Below, one piece after another: positions 9,080 to 17,809 of a stretch of 64,000 bases of DNA. Under the pieces are notes generated by a model. The model worked only from the letters and a program-made list of their open reading frames with translations. It was not told where the DNA came from and searched no databases. Position numbers and translations under genes: made by a program. This stretch comes from Oscillospiraceae bacterium. Its GTDB lineage: Bacteria > Bacillota > Clostridia > Oscillospirales > CAG-272. Positions within the stretch are counted from its first letter, which is position 1; each line of letters begins with the position of its first letter. The DNA is taken from contig SVQX01000004.1 of NCBI GenBank assembly GCA_015065065.1, forward strand, positions 9,203-73,202, written 5' to 3'.

Positions 9080-10615
9080 ATGTTTCATTGTTGCGAATAC
9101 GTTCATACCAATACTCCGAGCACTCGCGGACGGTACCGTTATCTAGAAAGGTCATCCGAGGATTTCAAGGTTTGGGTAAACGGCAAAGAGGCGCAGGTGT
9201 ATACATGCCGCATCTCCAAGATGCCGTTCAATACTCCTTGGCCGGGATATCAGCGCCCTATTGACCAAACCGAGCTTGCCTCATTTGTCAGTATAGTCAG
9301 CGATGAGGCGGTGACGCTTGAGGTTGAGGTTTTGAATCGCGAGTATAAAGAATTTATGCTTCGCCCGTATTCAAAGAATATTCCCGTTGAGAAAAAGGAC
9401 GGCAAGCTTGTGTTCACTCTTGAAAGAGACGGGCAGCACGTGCTGGCGCTCGACGATCTTCACAAGCCGTTGTTCATATTCAACTCAAGGCCGATAGAAG
9501 CACCTGATCCCGAGACTGTAACCTACTATTTCGGACCGGGCATACACGCGGTTGAAAAGATTATTCTTCACGACAACGAAAGCGTATACGTAGATAAGGA
9601 TGCGCTTGTTTACAGTTGCATTTTTGCGGAAAATGCGAATAATATACGCATATTCGGAAACGGCTTGCTGGATGATTCTCGTGAGGAGCGGCAACTGCCT
9701 GCCTGCTACGAACCGTATACTAACGGCAATATAAAGTTTTACGATTGCCAAAACATCAAGCTTGAGGGAGTTCTGCTTCGCAACTCTGCTATGTGGTGCG
9801 TAAACTTCTTCCATTGCTTTGACGCGGAGGTGGACGGAATAAAGGTGTTCGGTCAGTGGAGATATAATACCGATGGTGTGGATATTGTAAACTCTCAGCG
9901 TATCACCATGCGTAACTCTTTTATTCATTCATTTGACGACACTATCGTCATCAAGGGAATAGACCGCTATATCGACACAGATAACTGCGATATGCTGTTT
10001 GAAAACTGCGTGTTGTGGTGCGATTGGGGTAAGACCTGCGAGATTGGAATTGAAACCGCCTGCCGCGAGTGTTACAACATTACCTTCCGCGGCTGCGATA
10101 TTATTCGCGGAGGAAACACACATCTCGATATTCAAAATGGCGATTGTGCGGAAATACACCATATTTTCTATGAGGATATTAACGCGGAGTATAATTCGTG
10201 TGATACCGAGCCGTCAGTTCAATGGACACCGGAGCAGAAATATCCCGAAAATCCCAAGATGGCGGTGCCGTGGCTTATAAATATTGTAAATTACCGATTC
10301 CGCACGTCTGAGCGCTGTGTTGACGGCAATCCATATAAGACACCGCTTCATCACTCGCCGCTTGACCTTGAAGGTATTCAGCAGGCAACCGCACACGATA
10401 TTACGTTCAGAAATATCACTGTTTACTACGACGAGCGCATCCCGAAGGTTGACGGAAGATTTAATACGCCTATTTGCATTCACTCCTGCATTGAGGGAGT
10501 AAAGCACTATAATATTTCGGTTTCGGGCGTCAAAATCAACGGTGTGCCCGCAAACGAAAATAACGTAGTTATGCAGGTTTGGAGCGCAGAAAACTTTACT
10601 TTTACGGAGAATTGA
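9080..10615 (+). CDS. Right-handed beta-helix glycoside hydrolase, GH28-like, paralog 2
   Basis: It is colinear with 7526-9058 over the whole length and shares NTDGVDIVNSQRI...SFDDTIVIKG. RBS GAGGAG. Confidence 0.6.
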   Translation: MFHCCEYVHTNTPSTRGRYRYLERSSEDFKVWVNGKEAQVYTCRISKMPFNTPWPGYQRPIDQTELASFVSIVSDEAVTLEVEVLNREYKEFMLRPYSKNIPVEKKDGKLVFTLERDGQHVLALDDLHKPLFIFNSRPIEAPDPETVTYYFGPGIHAVEKIILHDNESVYVDKDALVYSCIFAENANNIRIFGNGLLDDSREERQLPACYEPYTNGNIKFYDCQNIKLEGVLLRNSAMWCVNFFHCFDAEVDGIKVFGQWRYNTDGVDIVNSQRITMRNSFIHSFDDTIVIKGIDRYIDTDNCDMLFENCVLWCDWGKTCEIGIETACRECYNITFRGCDIIRGGNTHLDIQNGDCAEIHHIFYEDINAEYNSCDTEPSVQWTPEQKYPENPKMAVPWLINIVNYRFRTSERCVDGNPYKTPLHHSPLDLEGIQQATAHDITFRNITVYYDERIPKVDGRFNTPICIHSCIEGVKHYNISVSGVKINGVPANENNVVMQVWSAENFTFTEN

Positions 10616-10619
10616 AAAA

Positions 10620-11309
10620 ATGGATCAGTTTGCTCAAAGCAAAAAGAATACCGTAAGCGCTAAAGAGCAGCTTAAGGTATCGCAGTTTGTTAGATATATC
10701 AATGCCGATGGCAAGGGCAGACGCGTGATGTTTGTCGGAAATTCCATCACTCTCCACGGTGTTAAGGAGGATATCGGCTGGTACGGTGAATGGGGAATGG
10801 CGGCATCCGCGCCCGAAAAGGATTACGTTCACCTTATGATGAATGAAATAACAAGGACAGATCCGGACGCGGCGTTCTGCGTTTGTCAGGCGGCGCAGTG
10901 GGAGATTAATTGCGCTGATGGCGAAAAAACGTATGATTATTTCAAGACCGCGCGCGATTTCGATGCAGATATTATTCTCATTCGCTTGGTTGAAAACTGT
11001 CCTCACAGCGGTGTTGACACCGAAACCTACACGCGTGAATATCTCAAATTTATTGATTACCTCAATCCCAACGGCAAGGCAAAGATGGTTATTACCACGG
11101 GATTTTGGAGACATCCGCACGATGCGAGCATTCGTGCGGCGGCAAAGGAGAGGGCATATACCCTCGTGGAGCTTGGAGATCTTGGTGAGCAGGATGAGAT
11201 GAAGGCTATCGGACTCTTTGATCACACGGGTGTAGCCAATCATCCCGGCGACAAGGGAATGAAAGCGATAGCCGACCGACTCCTTGAGATGCTGAGAAGC
11301 ATTATATAA
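10620..11309 (+). CDS. SGNH/GDSL-like hydrolase (esterase)
   Basis: It has a block I-like motif FVGNSITLHG and a C-terminal D..H-type block (DHTGVANHPGDKG). It lies 4 nt downstream of the GH28-like paralog. Confidence 0.55.
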   Translation: MDQFAQSKKNTVSAKEQLKVSQFVRYINADGKGRRVMFVGNSITLHGVKEDIGWYGEWGMAASAPEKDYVHLMMNEITRTDPDAAFCVCQAAQWEINCADGEKTYDYFKTARDFDADIILIRLVENCPHSGVDTETYTREYLKFIDYLNPNGKAKMVITTGFWRHPHDASIRAAAKERAYTLVELGDLGEQDEMKAIGLFDHTGVANHPGDKGMKAIADRLLEMLRSII

Positions 11310-11320
11310 TACAAATGAAG

Positions 11321-11352
11321 AAAACCGCTCTGCCTTGATACAGAGCGGTTTT
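11321..11352. terminator. Bidirectional terminator between the SGNH gene and rpmB
   Basis: A 12-bp stem aaaaccgctctg/cagagcggtttt has an A-tract on one side and a T-tract on the other. Confidence 0.75.
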
Positions 11353-11380
11353 CTATTGTCCGATTAAACTGTAAACGCAA

Positions 11381-11566
11381 TTAAGCGCGGTTTACCTTTC
11401 CGGAACGAAGGCAACGGGAGCAGACTGCAACAGTCTTGGGCGTGCCGTCAACGATAGCCTTTACCTTGCGGATGTTGGGCTTCCAAGTGCGGTTAGTCTT
11501 ACGAACGGAGTGAGAAACGTTGTGACCGTAAACAACACCCTTACCGCATACACTACATTTTGCCAT
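11381..11566 (-). CDS. rpmB: 50S ribosomal protein L28
   Basis: The translation MAKCSVCGK...HNVSHS..KT.R.W.PN is typical L28. RBS AAGGAGG. Confidence 0.95.
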   Translation of the reverse strand: MAKCSVCGKGVVYGHNVSHSVRKTNRTWKPNIRKVKAIVDGTPKTVAVCSRCLRSGKVNRA

Positions 11567-11642
11567 TTTGACACCTCCTTATCAGTGTTTAGAAGGTATA
11601 TCATAAGCGGATATACCGTCAAGTCATAAGTCAACATTCTGT

Positions 11643-11671
11643 ATTATATCACAAAGAAATGGAAATTGCAA
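11643..11671 (-). promoter_or_regulatory. Sigma-A type promoter of rpmB
   Basis: On the minus strand it reads TTGCAA, a 17-nt spacer, then TGaTATAAT. Confidence 0.65.
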
Positions 11672-11773
11672 TAGGTTTTTTAAAAAATATTCGGGAATAT
11701 TGCGAAATATTTTGACTATTTTCAATCGTTTGAAGTAAAAATGCAAAAAAATAAAAAAAATTTCAAAAAGCTA

Positions 11774-11802
11774 TTGACAAGGGAAGGCGGGTATGGTATA
11801 AT
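11774..11802 (+). promoter_or_regulatory. Consensus sigma-A promoter of the infC-rpmI-rplT operon with an A-rich UP-like tract upstream
   Basis: It has TTGACA (11774-79), a 17-nt spacer and TGgTATAAT (TATAAT 11797-802). Long A-tracts lie at 11730-11770. Confidence 0.8.
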
Positions 11803-11808
11803 CAAACG

Positions 11809-11982
11809 GTAAATGAAGTGAAGCCACCCGGTTTCCACCGTTCCACCGATGAGTGAGTACGGTCAATAACGTCTTTTCGGCGCAATAGCGTCGGGGAGAG
11901 GTGTGTCCGCGCACGTGTTGGCGCGAGGTGTGTACCGGGGTATTTACTTCGGTACGATTTTTCTTTTAGGAGGTGCATACCT
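11809..11982 (+). promoter_or_regulatory. Candidate L20-responsive leader (L20-leader type) with an attenuator hairpin
   Basis: A leader of about 170 nt lies between the promoter and infC. The hairpin gtaccg/cggtac (11932-11955) is followed by attttttctttt immediately before the infC RBS. This placement is typical of Firmicutes infC operons. Confidence 0.5.
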
Positions 11983-12513
11983 ATCGGCACTAATGCAAAG
12001 GACACTCTCGTCAACGAGGATATCGACGCCCGCGAGGTGAGAGTAGTTAACGCACAAGGAGAGCCACTCGGAATCATGAGCTCCAAGGAGGCACTCAAGA
12101 TCGCTTACGACAGTGATCTGGACCTGGTTATGATAGCACCGCAGGCTCAGCCGCCCGTGTGCAAGGTCATGGACTACGGTAAATATTGCTTTGAAAAGCA
12201 AAAGCGCGAGAAGGAAGCAAAGAAAAAGCAGCAGACCGTTGAGGTCAAAGAAATTCAGCTTTCTTACCGCATTGACACTCACGATTACGAAACAAAGAAG
12301 AATCAAGCGCGCAAGTTCCTCACGTCGGGCAACAAGGTGCGCGTGGTCATGAAGTTCCGCGGCCGTGAGATGGGACACATGTCTATGGGACGTGAGCTTT
12401 TAGATAAGTTCATAGCCGACACTCAGGACGTGGGCAACTGCGATAAGAAGCCCGCACTGGACGGACGTATCATCAGCATGGTAATAAGTCCCCTTGCAAA
12501 TAAAAAGCAGTAA
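11983..12513 (+). CDS. infC: Translation initiation factor IF-3; likely non-AUG start (ATC at 11983 or ATA at 11977)
   Basis: The conserved N-terminus ...LVNEDIDAREVRVVNAQGEPLGI lies upstream of the first listed GTG (12037). AGGAGG sits at 11968-73 and there is no in-frame ATG/GTG/TTG between it and 12037. Confidence 0.85.
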   Translation: MGTNAKDTLVNEDIDAREVRVVNAQGEPLGIMSSKEALKIAYDSDLDLVMIAPQAQPPVCKVMDYGKYCFEKQKREKEAKKKQQTVEVKEIQLSYRIDTHDYETKKNQARKFLTSGNKVRVVMKFRGREMGHMSMGRELLDKFIADTQDVGNCDKKPALDGRIISMVISPLANKKQ

Positions 12514-12648
12514 TCGGTAATCGGTCACGTGCCGCTGTGCTGATAATACCCGCGAGTGGGTAGGGTACGGACTTCCGTGTAAAAATCACCGAGGTTTAAT
12601 CAAGACTTTTACTAAAAAGCAAAATAAGACGAAAGAAGGATTATTGAA

Positions 12649-12843
12649 ATGGGAAAGGTTAAGACACATCGCGCTTCTGCCAAGAGATTCTCTATGACAG
12701 GAACAGGAAAAGTAAAGATGAATCACTGCCACCACCGCCACAATCTGGGTAAGAAGACAGCAAAGAGAAAGAGAGATCTGCGTTCTTCTGCCATCATGAG
12801 CGAGAGCATGGCAAGAAACGTAAGAACAATGATTCTTAAATGA
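12649..12843 (+). CDS. rpmI: 50S ribosomal protein L35
   Basis: The translation MGKVKTHRASAKRF..TGTGKV is typical L35. Confidence 0.95.
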   Translation: MGKVKTHRASAKRFSMTGTGKVKMNHCHHRHNLGKKTAKRKRDLRSSAIMSESMARNVRTMILK

Positions 12844-12881
12844 TTTGTCGAACTGATAGGACTTAAAGGAGGATTTGAAAA

Positions 12882-13235
12882 ATGGCAAGAATCAAGGGCG
12901 CTATGATGACGCGCAAAAGAAGAAATAAGATGCTCAAGGCCGCTAAGGGCTATTGGGGAAGCAAGTCTAAGCATTTCAAGATGGCTAAGCAGGCGGTAAT
13001 GAAGAGCGGTAACTACGCTTTCGCAGGTCGCCGTCGCAAGAAGAGAGATTTCCGCCGTCTGTGGATCACCCGTATTTCCGCGGGCTGCAAGGCAAACGGT
13101 ATGAACTACTCTACATTCATGAACGGTCTGAAGAAGGCAGGCGTTACTCTCAACCGCAAGATGCTCTCTGAGATCGCAATCGCAGACAAAGAGGCGTTTA
13201 CTGCTCTGTGTGAGCAGGCAAAGGCTGCTCTTTAA
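12882..13235 (+). CDS. rplT: 50S ribosomal protein L20
   Basis: The translation [16 protein letters not shown]...FRRLWITRI is typical L20. Confidence 0.95.
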   Translation: MARIKGAMMTRKRRNKMLKAAKGYWGSKSKHFKMAKQAVMKSGNYAFAGRRRKKRDFRRLWITRISAGCKANGMNYSTFMNGLKKAGVTLNRKMLSEIAIADKEAFTALCEQAKAAL

Positions 13236-13248
13236 TGCGCCGATAGAT

Positions 13249-13276
13249 AAAAACCCGCTAAGTAAGGCGGGTTTTT
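13249..13276 (+). terminator. Terminator after rplT
   Basis: The stem aaaaacccgc/gcgggttttt has a T-run. Confidence 0.75.
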
Positions 13277-13322
13277 GTCATATTTTAATGGATATAAAAT
13301 TTCGCCGAAGGGAGGAATATTC

Positions 13323-14159
13323 ATGCTTTTTAGCGGCGAGATCATAGCTTCAAGACAGAATAAAAATATTGTCAGACTCATGAAGCTGTCGGACAGACGG
13401 GCAAGAGAGGCGGAGCGGGTTTTCCGCTTTGACGGAGTAAAGCTCCTGTGCGAGGCGATAAAAGCGGGACTCAACTTGGATACCGTTTTCGTCAAGGCGT
13501 CGGCGGCTGATAAGCTTTGCAAGTCAATGCTCCGACTGTACGGCTACGACCTTGAGGACGTAAAATGCCGCCTGCTTTTGGTGGCGGACGAGCTTTTTGA
13601 TAAAATTTCAGAGGAAAATTCACCCGAAGGCGTAATAACTGTCGCAGAATATATTGACAAATTTCATAAAAGTTATATAATAAAGGAAGGGAATATTCCC
13701 GGCGTATCGGAGGGGGGCGTTCTTCTGCTGGAATCGGTGCGCGATCCGCAGAACGTCGGAGCGGTCATCCGCAGTGCCGCCGCGCTTGGAATCTGTTGTC
13801 TTGCTATGTCAGAGGACTGCGCGGATATCTACAATCCACGTACCGTCCGCGCGGCAATGGGTACGCTGTTTATTCAGCCTATCGTAAGAGTGGATAGCCT
13901 TCCCGAATACGTGTGCGCTCTCCGCAATGCGGGACGTAAGGTGTACGCCGCGGCACTTGATCCGTCGGCGGTCGCCCTCGGCTCGTTTGAGCTGGAGAAG
14001 GGCGCTTGCGTTGCCGTGGGCAACGAGGGACACGGATTGTCGCAGGAGCTTATAGACGCCTGCGACGCAAAGCTGTATATTCCCATGCGAGAAGGCACTG
14101 AGTCACTCAATGCGGCGGTTGCATCTGCACTTATAATGTGGGAGATGGATAGGCTTTAA
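13323..14159 (+). CDS. TrmH/SpoU family RNA 2'-O-methyltransferase
   Basis: SpoU motifs are present: LESVRDPQNVGAVIRSAAA, VAVGNEGHGLS, IPM.EGTESLNAAVA. I chose the ATG at 13323 because GGGAGG lies 7 nt upstream. Confidence 0.8.
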   Translation: MLFSGEIIASRQNKNIVRLMKLSDRRAREAERVFRFDGVKLLCEAIKAGLNLDTVFVKASAADKLCKSMLRLYGYDLEDVKCRLLLVADELFDKISEENSPEGVITVAEYIDKFHKSYIIKEGNIPGVSEGGVLLLESVRDPQNVGAVIRSAAALGICCLAMSEDCADIYNPRTVRAAMGTLFIQPIVRVDSLPEYVCALRNAGRKVYAAALDPSAVALGSFELEKGACVAVGNEGHGLSQELIDACDAKLYIPMREGTESLNAAVASALIMWEMDRL

Positions 14160-14183
14160 GAATTTTTCGGAGGTGCTTTTACT

Positions 14184-15464
14184 GTGAAGGATAGGCTTTT
14201 TCAGATATGGTTTTCGCTTCGTTGCGGAATTTCAAGCAGAGAATTTCCACAGCTTCTCGAAAGGTACGGCTCACCCTACGCGATATTTGAGGCGGACGAG
14301 GAGGAGATAGAAAGATTTTCTTGCTCCGACAGACTTAAAAGCGCATTGGCGAATAAGGAGCTGGACGAGAGCTACCGAATTCTCAGCTATTGTGAGCATA
14401 ATCATATCGGACTTGCGTTTTGGTCGGATAAGGAATATCCCTCCAGCCTGCGAGTGCTTCGCGATCCACCCGTTTTGCTCTACTACAAGGGCGAGCTTCC
14501 CGATTTTGACTCGCATTTGTGCATCAGTGTGGTCGGTACTCGCAAAATGAGCGAATACGGCAAGCGCATGGCGTATAAAATAGGCTATGAGCTTGGCGCG
14601 GTCAATGCTGTTGTCGTTTCGGGAATGGCGCTTGGAATCGATAGCGTCGCGGCGGCGGGAGCTTTGGCGGCAGGCGGTAAGACCGTCGCGGTCCTCGGCT
14701 CGGGCGTTGATGTTGTTTATCCCCCGGCGCATAAGAGATTTATGGACGAGATTATTCTTCGCGGCGGAGCGGTAGTCAGTGAATTTGCACCCGGTACTGA
14801 GCCTATGGGGCGGAATTTTCCAATACGAAACCGCATAATCAGCGGACTCGGTCAGGGAACCGCGGTCATTGAAGCGGATATGCATTCGGGCGCACTCATC
14901 ACCGCTAAAACGGCTCTGCTTCAGGGCAAGGATCTGTACGCCGTGCCGGGCAACGTGGGAGATGAAAACACGTCGGGTACGAATCAGCTTATCCACGACG
15001 GCGCGATAGTAACGCTCGGCGGCAGAGATATCCTCGAAAATTACGAGTTTCTGTATAGAAATACGTTGGATATGGCAAGACTCGGCAAGGCGGAGAGAAA
15101 TTCCGACCACGACGACGCATTCCTTGATAAGCTCGGCGTATACAGCCGCGTTGTAAAGGGATACGTAAAGCCAAAGGAGCAGAGCGAGCCTACTGCTCCA
15201 AAGCAAAGGGCACAGGCTGCAAAGCCGAAGGCTCAGACTGTCAAGCGTGAGACGGCAGTAGGGGACGACTCCGAGAAGATACTGCTGACCTTGACAGAAA
15301 AGCAAAGAAACATATTCTCGGCGTTGCCTCTGGACAGAGCAGTGCCGGTGGATCATATCACCCGCGAGGGCTTTGCGCTCTCCGACGTGATAGCGGCAAT
15401 GACCATCCTTGAGATCAAAGGACTCGTCGTGTCACTGCCCGGCGGACTTTATTCACGCAAGTGA
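14184..15464 (+). CDS. dprA: DNA-processing protein DprA (Smf)
   Basis: The Rossmann-like core VVSGMALGIDSVAAAGAL...VLGSGVDVVYP is present. It uses a GTG start 8 nt after GGAGGTG. Confidence 0.85.
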   Translation: MKDRLFQIWFSLRCGISSREFPQLLERYGSPYAIFEADEEEIERFSCSDRLKSALANKELDESYRILSYCEHNHIGLAFWSDKEYPSSLRVLRDPPVLLYYKGELPDFDSHLCISVVGTRKMSEYGKRMAYKIGYELGAVNAVVVSGMALGIDSVAAAGALAAGGKTVAVLGSGVDVVYPPAHKRFMDEIILRGGAVVSEFAPGTEPMGRNFPIRNRIISGLGQGTAVIEADMHSGALITAKTALLQGKDLYAVPGNVGDENTSGTNQLIHDGAIVTLGGRDILENYEFLYRNTLDMARLGKAERNSDHDDAFLDKLGVYSRVVKGYVKPKEQSEPTAPKQRAQAAKPKAQTVKRETAVGDDSEKILLTLTEKQRNIFSALPLDRAVPVDHITREGFALSDVIAAMTILEIKGLVVSLPGGLYSRK

Positions 15465-15505
15465 CCGCCGAAAATCAAATACCGTTGAAAGGAAAAGTCA
15501 TATCG

Positions 15506-17788
15506 ATGGCAATACTCGTTATTCTGGAGTCACCCTCCAAGGCAAATACCGTCAAGAGCTACCTCGGCTCAAACTATAAGGTCATGGCGTCCGTTGGACA
15601 CGTGCGTGACCTGCCCAAAAGCACTCTTGGCGTTGACATTGAAAATAATTTTGAAGCTCACTATATAAATATTCGCGGCAAGGGCGACCTTATCAAGGAC
15701 CTCAGACGCGAGGCGAAGGCGGCAAGTAAGGTCTATCTTGCAACCGACCCCGACCGCGAGGGAGAGGCTATTTCGTGGCATCTCGCGGCGGCTTTGGATA
15801 TTCCCGTGGAAAACGTACAGCGCGTTACCTTCAACGAGGTCACAAAGAACGTGGTAAAGGCTTCTATTAAGCAGCCCCGCGGACTTGATATGAATCTTGT
15901 AAATGCACAGCAAACAAGACGAATTCTTGACAGAATAGTAGGCTATAAGCTTTCCCCCTTCCTTTGGAAGACGGTAAAGAGTGGGCTTTCTGCAGGTAGA
16001 GTCCAGTCTGTGGCAACTAAGATAGTCGTTGACAGAGAAAACGAGATTCGCGCATTTAACCCTCAGGAATATTGGACGGTCGACGCAACTCTTATCACCG
16101 ACGAGCAAAAGAGCTTCACCGCAAGATTTTACGGTGATGCGAGCGGAAAGATAAAGCTGAAATCGGGCGAGGACGCACAGCGTATAGTCGATGCCGTAAC
16201 GGGCAGACAGTTTGAGGTCGCGTCCGTCAAGCGCAGTACCAAGAAGAAGCATCCCGCGCCGCCCTTTACCACCTCCACTCTCCAGCAGGAAGCATCGAGA
16301 AAGCTGGGCTTCCAGTCACAGCGCATCATGCGCGTGGCACAGGAGCTTTACGAAGGTGTGAATGTAGGCGCTGAATTCGGCGGACTTCAGGGTCTTATCA
16401 CATATATGCGTACCGATTCCGTCCGCGTTTCTGCGGATGCTCAGGCAGCGGCACGTGAGCTTATCATCTCCAAGTACGGCGAGAAATACTATCCCGCTAC
16501 TGCAAGAAGCTATAAGACCAAGGCAGGCGCGCAGGATGCACACGAGGCTATCCGCCCCGCAAAGGTGGAGCTTGAGCCGTCTATGATCCGCCGCGCACTC
16601 ACACCCGATCAGTATAAGCTGTATAAGCTTATTTGGGAAAGATTTGTTGCAAGCCAAATGGAGTCTGCGGATCTTGCAACGCTTACCCTCGATTTCGATT
16701 GTCGTGGCTACATTTTCCGCACAAGCGGCTATAGTGTTACCTTCCCGGGATATATGGCGGTCTACGAGGAGTCGGTTGACGACTCCAAGCACTCTCCCGC
16801 CGACGAGCCGGAGGAGCAGAGAGATCTGCGTGTGCCTCCGCTCAATAAGGGAGATATGCTGGATTCGGGCGATATAATTCCCACCCAGCACTTTACCGAG
16901 CCGCCCCCAAGATATACCGAAGCGTCGCTTACCAAGTATCTTGAGGAAAAGGGGATCGGACGTCCGAGCACCTTTGCGACCATCATTACCACCATCATCT
17001 CCCGCGGTTACGTTAAGAGAGAGGGCAAATCGCTTGCTCCTACCGAGCTTGGCGAGGTGACTACCAAGATAATGGCGGAGCAGTTTGAAACTATCGTTGA
17101 CGAAAAGTTCACTGCTAAGATGGAGCGCGAGCTTGACGATATCGAAAGCGGCAAGAAGGATATGCAGGACGTGCTTGCAGCCTTCTGGAAGGGCTTTGAA
17201 AAGCAGCTCGGTCGCGCGCAGGAGAATATGGCGAATACCACTGTTACCGTTCCTGCCGAGAAGACCGACTTTATCTGCGACAAGTGCGGCAGTACTATGA
17301 TAATCAAAAACGGACGCTTCGGCAAATTTGCCGCTTGCCCCAATTACCCGCAGTGTAAGAATACCCGTCCACTGACAGATACGAAGCCTCAGCCGAAGGC
17401 TGTGGAGCCCACGGTAGAAATGCCCGAGGGAATGAAGTGTGAGAAGTGCGGTGCGGATATGGTGCTCCGTAGCGGACGTTACGGCAGCTTCTATGCTTGC
17501 TCCCGTTATCCCGAATGTAAATTTATCAAGCAGAAGCATAAGGAGATAGGCGTACCCTGTCCCAAGTGTGGCTCGGCTCTCGTAGTCAAGACGGGACGCA
17601 ATAAAACGGTGTTCTACAGCTGTGAAAAATATCCCGAGTGCGATTTCTCATCATGGGATATCCCCACAGCCGAGAAATGCCCGCAGTGCGGCAAAATGCT
17701 TTTCCGAAAGAAGGGAAAGGCACTGCTCGTTTGCCACGATACGGCGTGCGGATACTCTGCCCCCGACGAGCGTGAGCAGGATAAATAA
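15506..17788 (+). CDS. topA: DNA topoisomerase I
   Basis: It has Toprim ILESPSKA, DPDREGE, the catalytic Tyr region GLITYMRTDS, and three C-terminal CxxC...CxxC zinc ribbons. Confidence 0.95.
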   Translation: MAILVILESPSKANTVKSYLGSNYKVMASVGHVRDLPKSTLGVDIENNFEAHYINIRGKGDLIKDLRREAKAASKVYLATDPDREGEAISWHLAAALDIPVENVQRVTFNEVTKNVVKASIKQPRGLDMNLVNAQQTRRILDRIVGYKLSPFLWKTVKSGLSAGRVQSVATKIVVDRENEIRAFNPQEYWTVDATLITDEQKSFTARFYGDASGKIKLKSGEDAQRIVDAVTGRQFEVASVKRSTKKKHPAPPFTTSTLQQEASRKLGFQSQRIMRVAQELYEGVNVGAEFGGLQGLITYMRTDSVRVSADAQAAARELIISKYGEKYYPATARSYKTKAGAQDAHEAIRPAKVELEPSMIRRALTPDQYKLYKLIWERFVASQMESADLATLTLDFDCRGYIFRTSGYSVTFPGYMAVYEESVDDSKHSPADEPEEQRDLRVPPLNKGDMLDSGDIIPTQHFTEPPPRYTEASLTKYLEEKGIGRPSTFATIITTIISRGYVKREGKSLAPTELGEVTTKIMAEQFETIVDEKFTAKMERELDDIESGKKDMQDVLAAFWKGFEKQLGRAQENMANTTVTVPAEKTDFICDKCGSTMIIKNGRFGKFAACPNYPQCKNTRPLTDTKPQPKAVEPTVEMPEGMKCEKCGADMVLRSGRYGSFYACSRYPECKFIKQKHKEIGVPCPKCGSALVVKTGRNKTVFYSCEKYPECDFSSWDIPTAEKCPQCGKMLFRKKGKALLVCHDTACGYSAPDEREQDK

Positions 17789-17809
17789 GCAAAAACGAAA
17801 GAATAGATT

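Noticed and set aside
8795-10615. The near-identical 3' ends of the two GH28-like genes might be template and variable repeats of a diversity-generating retroelement.
   Set aside because: The mismatches between the copies are mostly transitions at third codon positions rather than adenine-specific changes. No reverse transcriptase or accessory gene is nearby. Ordinary paralogy with gene conversion explains the pattern.
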